NCBI GenBank assembly: GCA_038826015.1
Contig: JAWBOR010000002.1
Location: 1-39,691 of the forward strand
Source of the DNA: Candidatus Bathyarchaeia archaeon
Lineage (GTDB): Archaea; Thermoproteota; Bathyarchaeia; Bathyarchaeales; DTEX01
DNA length: 39,691 nucleotides
Direction of reading: 5' to 3'
Part shown: one piece after another, positions 36,906-39,691 of the stretch
How the letters are laid out: every line of letters starts with the position of its first letter
Position numbering within the stretch: the first letter of the stretch is position 1
Program-made: the position numbers and the translations under genes
The notes under the pieces: generated by a model
The model's database searches: none
Told to the model about the DNA's origin: nothing
What the model saw: the letters and a program-made list of their open reading frames with translations, nothing else

Positions 36906-37319
36906 TTATCTCCTTAAGATAATGAAGAAGACTATGCTTAGAATCGTGAGGATAATTCCGAGCAAGAGCAGCCAAAAGAAGTTTTGCCCCGCACCGAACA
37001 CTATTGGAATAGGACCAATAATGAGGAAACCCGAGGAAATTAGCCCATAGGCCGAGGCGGCAATTATTAATACAATCACACCCGCAAAGATCAAGAAAAA
37101 GCCTAAGAGAAATATTTTCATAAAAGGTAAATGAAAAGGCAAGTTTTCTTCTTCTCTTCGAGTAATTACAATGTTTTTCCTATAACATTCAGGGCAAAGC
37201 CATGTATCCGGCTTTAGGCATATCTCGCATACATCGCGACCACATTCTTGGCAAATATATTTTGCTTTTGTTTGGCCGCAGATTTCGCATATTTTGCTTC
37301 CCATGGATCTGCCCTCCAT
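36906..37319 (-). CDS. Zn-finger (4x CxxC) fused to DUF131 membrane domain
   Basis: CEIC, CQEC, CEIC and CPEC motifs are followed by hydrophobic helices with the DUF131-type signature IIGPIPIVFG. Confidence 0.85.
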   Translation of the reverse strand: MEGRSMGSKICEICGQTKAKYICQECGRDVCEICLKPDTWLCPECYRKNIVITRREEENLPFHLPFMKIFLLGFFLIFAGVIVLIIAASAYGLISSGFLIIGPIPIVFGAGQNFFWLLLLGIILTILSIVFFIILRR

Positions 37320-37321
37320 TT

Positions 37322-37582
37322 TTAGAATATGCGGCTGAAAAACGTTAAGATCATAACGAGGATCATAAGCACTATGGCCAATGTCAGAAGTGTCTTAACT
37401 GTTTCCTTATCTGTGCCAAATACTATTGGAATAGGCCCAATCATTACCATGGCTCCGCCTCTGGTTTTTCCGCGAGCGTTAATTCCTTTAAAGAATAATA
37501 GAAGAATGGCAAGTAAAGCCACTGCGAATCCAGAAAAGATTAATATGAAGCCTAACGCAAAAAGAAACGATTGATCAAACAT
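37322..37582 (-). CDS. DUF131 (TIGR00304-type) small membrane protein
   Basis: MFDQSFLFALGFILIFSG...RGGAMVMIGPIPIVFGTDKE. Start is ATG 37582. The longer ORF-track call overlaps RPA antisense. Confidence 0.85.
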   Translation of the reverse strand: MFDQSFLFALGFILIFSGFAVALLAILLLFFKGINARGKTRGGAMVMIGPIPIVFGTDKETVKTLLTLAIVLMILVMILTFFSRIF

Positions 37583-37664
37583 TTTTCTGCATCCAAAATA
37601 TAATAGGTGAAACCGTCTCAAATAAATTTTAGTACCATAATATTTCTTGTTCAAGAGAAGCTGA

Positions 37665-38540
37665 GTGTCGAAAATGGTGTCATTTGAGGACATAGTCCAG
37701 CAAATTCTTTCAGCTCGAAAAGACTTAACACTTGAAGCAATATTAAAGATGGTTGAGTCCAAAGAAAAAAGCGCCCAAGGCTTCTTAACGCGAGAAACAG
37801 CAGCCCGCGCTGTTGCTTTAGATCTTGGGGTTGATGTTCCTAAAGTTTTTTTTAGGCATGAAATAATGATAAAGGATTTAGTTTCTGGTCTGAACAACGT
37901 CACGATCACGGGGCGAATTATTCGCGTCTACCCTATCCAAAGGTTTGTTCGCCCAGATGAAACAGAAGGCATGCTGAGACGATTAATCATAGCCGACAAA
38001 ACTGGAGAAATAAAAGTCGTCCTTTGGGGTGACAAAGCAAATTTCCCAAATATAGAGAGCTCAGTCGATCAGATAGCGAGATTCTCGCATGGATATATAC
38101 GTCGAGGATTCGATGGAAAATTAGAATTGAACATAGGTTCAAAGGGTGATATCAGTCTCAGCCCATATGATGTTTCTGAGGAGAATTACCCGCCTTTAAC
38201 TTATTATACTCAAAGAATCGGCGAGATAACGGGAAAAGAAAAAAGCATCAATGTAATCGGATTTGTAGAAGAAGTTTATCCTGTGGTTACTTTCAAACGA
38301 CAAGACGGCGGCGAAGGAAAAGTAAGGCGTTTCAGACTAAAAGACAATAGTGGCAGAGTAACAGTTGTTCTATGGGACAGAAAAGTAGACGAATTATCCA
38401 AGATAGAGAACGGAAAATACATAATAATTTTCGAAGCAAAGATTCATAAACGCCCCGACGAAAATTTTGAAATTCACATAGGAAATTCTACAGATATCGC
38501 AACCATAAACAAATGCCCGTCAGGATTCAAGTTTCACTAA
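37665..38540 (+). CDS. rpa: Replication protein A / SSB (two OB folds)
   Basis: An N-terminal helical domain (GFLT.E.A...VA..LGV) is followed by two OB folds (F.R.D..EG.....IADKTG.I.VVLW and F.R.DG.EGKV....L.D.SG...VVLW). Alternative start at ATG 37674. Confidence 0.9.
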   Translation: MSKMVSFEDIVQQILSARKDLTLEAILKMVESKEKSAQGFLTRETAARAVALDLGVDVPKVFFRHEIMIKDLVSGLNNVTITGRIIRVYPIQRFVRPDETEGMLRRLIIADKTGEIKVVLWGDKANFPNIESSVDQIARFSHGYIRRGFDGKLELNIGSKGDISLSPYDVSEENYPPLTYYTQRIGEITGKEKSINVIGFVEEVYPVVTFKRQDGGEGKVRRFRLKDNSGRVTVVLWDRKVDELSKIENGKYIIIFEAKIHKRPDENFEIHIGNSTDIATINKCPSGFKFH

Positions 38541-38647
38541 GCCCTCACAAAAAATGAACGGGCTTATTCCTTGACTTTAAACAAGGTGATTTAACAAATC
38601 AACTATAAAACACGCGGTAAAAGATTTCATTCTATGTCTGACGGCCT

Positions 38648-38938
38648 CTATTCTCTTTTAACGAGCGTTATTTCTATTGTCGAAACATTGGATTTAGTTT
38701 CGTCGTCTTTCTGTATCTCCTGTGTTCCAATCTCAATCTTCTCGATATCCATGTCTTTAATGAAGGAGCGGCGCAAAAGCTCCACGGTATCCACTGCTCT
38801 ACTAATTGCATTTCCTCTAGCCTTCACCACAACCTTCTTTGCACCAGAGTTAAAGTTGGTCAAACAAGCGGTTACATAACTCATCACTGGTTTACGTCCG
38901 ACCATCACCGCGTTTTCTCTGGCTTCACCCTCAGCCAT
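38648..38938 (-). CDS. albA: Chromatin/RNA-binding protein Alba
   Basis: Motifs V.VG.KPVM.YV.A, KARG.AISRAVD.VE, I.IGT and NVSTIEI. RBS GGAGG. Confidence 0.96.
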   Translation of the reverse strand: MAEGEARENAVMVGRKPVMSYVTACLTNFNSGAKKVVVKARGNAISRAVDTVELLRRSFIKDMDIEKIEIGTQEIQKDDETKSNVSTIEITLVKRE

Positions 38939-38993
38939 ACAACTAGCCTCCTTTTTTAATATATTTCTATTTTCTTATATGTTTTATCTCGAG

Positions 38994-39691
38994 TTAAATC
39001 AAAAGAAGAAGGGCAGCTAAAAATATTCCTAACACTGAAAAAATAAGAATGGAATTCCATCTAGCTTTTCTAGCAACTTTGTCAGTCAAGAGGCTTAAAT
39101 TATCAATCTGTTGTTCACCTATAACTTTAACGTTGGGAACAATTTCCTTTTGCCACGCAACTTCTGAAGGCTCCATAGTCTTTAAGGCTTCAACTGTAGC
39201 TTTTTTGACATCTTCAATTAAACTTTCATGGTCAATTTTCTCTCCCAGGGGATAGTATCCTCGCTCAGTTATTACCACAGCGTTAACTACATGGGTATCC
39301 GTCGTTAATATTTCTCCATTGTTTATACCCAACTCTTGAAGGCTTAAAAGAATCTTTTCACGTAGATTGGAAACCATATTGTTTCCATCAATGGTCACAT
39401 AGGCTGTTCTTTGCTCGCTGACTTTAACTACTATGACGGTAATACCGCCGGGTCCCATACCATCCTCGATTCCGAAACCTTTAGGAACAATCTTTGCTGC
39501 TCCCACCTCGAAACGTGAACTTTTGCATTCTACGGCTTTCTCTAACACCTTTGTCACAGCTTTTTTTACAGGCGCAATAACTTTCTCTGGGTCGAAGGGT
39601 CCGTCAATACTGTTGTGAGCGTCAACGGTCACTGTGCAGCTAAATCCTATTTTTTTTGTTTCTTTGGTAATAATATCGTTTAATTCAAGAG
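38994..39691 (-). CDS. DUF2070-family membrane protein, C-terminal part (5' end outside window)
   Basis: Motifs VDAHN, G.GPGG, IDGNNM and TTDTH, plus a C-terminal TM helix. The frame stays open to the window edge. Confidence 0.8.
   Translation of the reverse strand, partial: LELNDIITKETKKIGFSCTVTVDAHNSIDGPFDPEKVIAPVKKAVTKVLEKAVECKSSRFEVGAAKIVPKGFGIEDGMGPGGITVIVVKVSEQRTAYVTIDGNNMVSNLREKILLSLQELGINNGEILTTDTHVVNAVVITERGYYPLGEKIDHESLIEDVKKATVEALKTMEPSEVAWQKEIVPNVKVIGEQQIDNLSLLTDKVARKARWNSILIFSVLGIFLAALLLLI

Noticed and set aside
37583-37909. N-terminal extension of the 195-aa ORF 37322-37909
   Set aside because: It overlaps RPA on the opposite strand. The DUF131 protein begins at ATG 37582.
556-39618. 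The many 60-180 aa ORFs nested in or antisense to identified genes (e.g. 6467-6934, 22926-23345, 27274-27723, 34066-34602)
   Set aside because: They are shadow frames of well-supported genes. They are Ser/Pro/Ile/Phe-rich, as expected for antisense translation, and have no motifs.

Overview
This is a core-genome window from an archaeon, most likely Bathyarchaeia/TACK. The assignment rests on an archaeal initiator tRNA, Alba, Nop5/fibrillarin, RPA, a GHMP-type shikimate kinase, the archaeal AroA'/AroB' entry to the shikimate pathway, BRE/TATA promoters and frequent TTG/GTG starts. Most of the window is an anabolic super-cluster: a complete archaeal shikimate pathway, a his operon (hisG-D-C-[HAD]-B-H-A-F-I, no hisE), a DAP-lysine operon (dapA-dapB-lysC-asd-lysA, no dapL/dapF/ddh), chorismate mutase with prephenate dehydrogenase, and pyrD/pyrK. 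The unexpected element is a set of bacterial-type, DXP-dependent vitamin B6 genes. An intact pdxJ with foreign Arg codon usage sits between the lysine operon and a LysM-like regulator. A DUF1537 kinase-pdxA pair is translationally coupled to the end of the aro operon. Other findings are a LysM-type 15-bp palindrome in activator position at the dapA promoter, two pseudogene remnants missed by the ORF track (an aldo/keto reductase and an M50-type HExGH peptidase), and a tandem operator-like repeat in a convergent intergenic region. No CRISPR array, rRNA or mobile element was seen. All family assignments come from motif recognition; no database searches were run.
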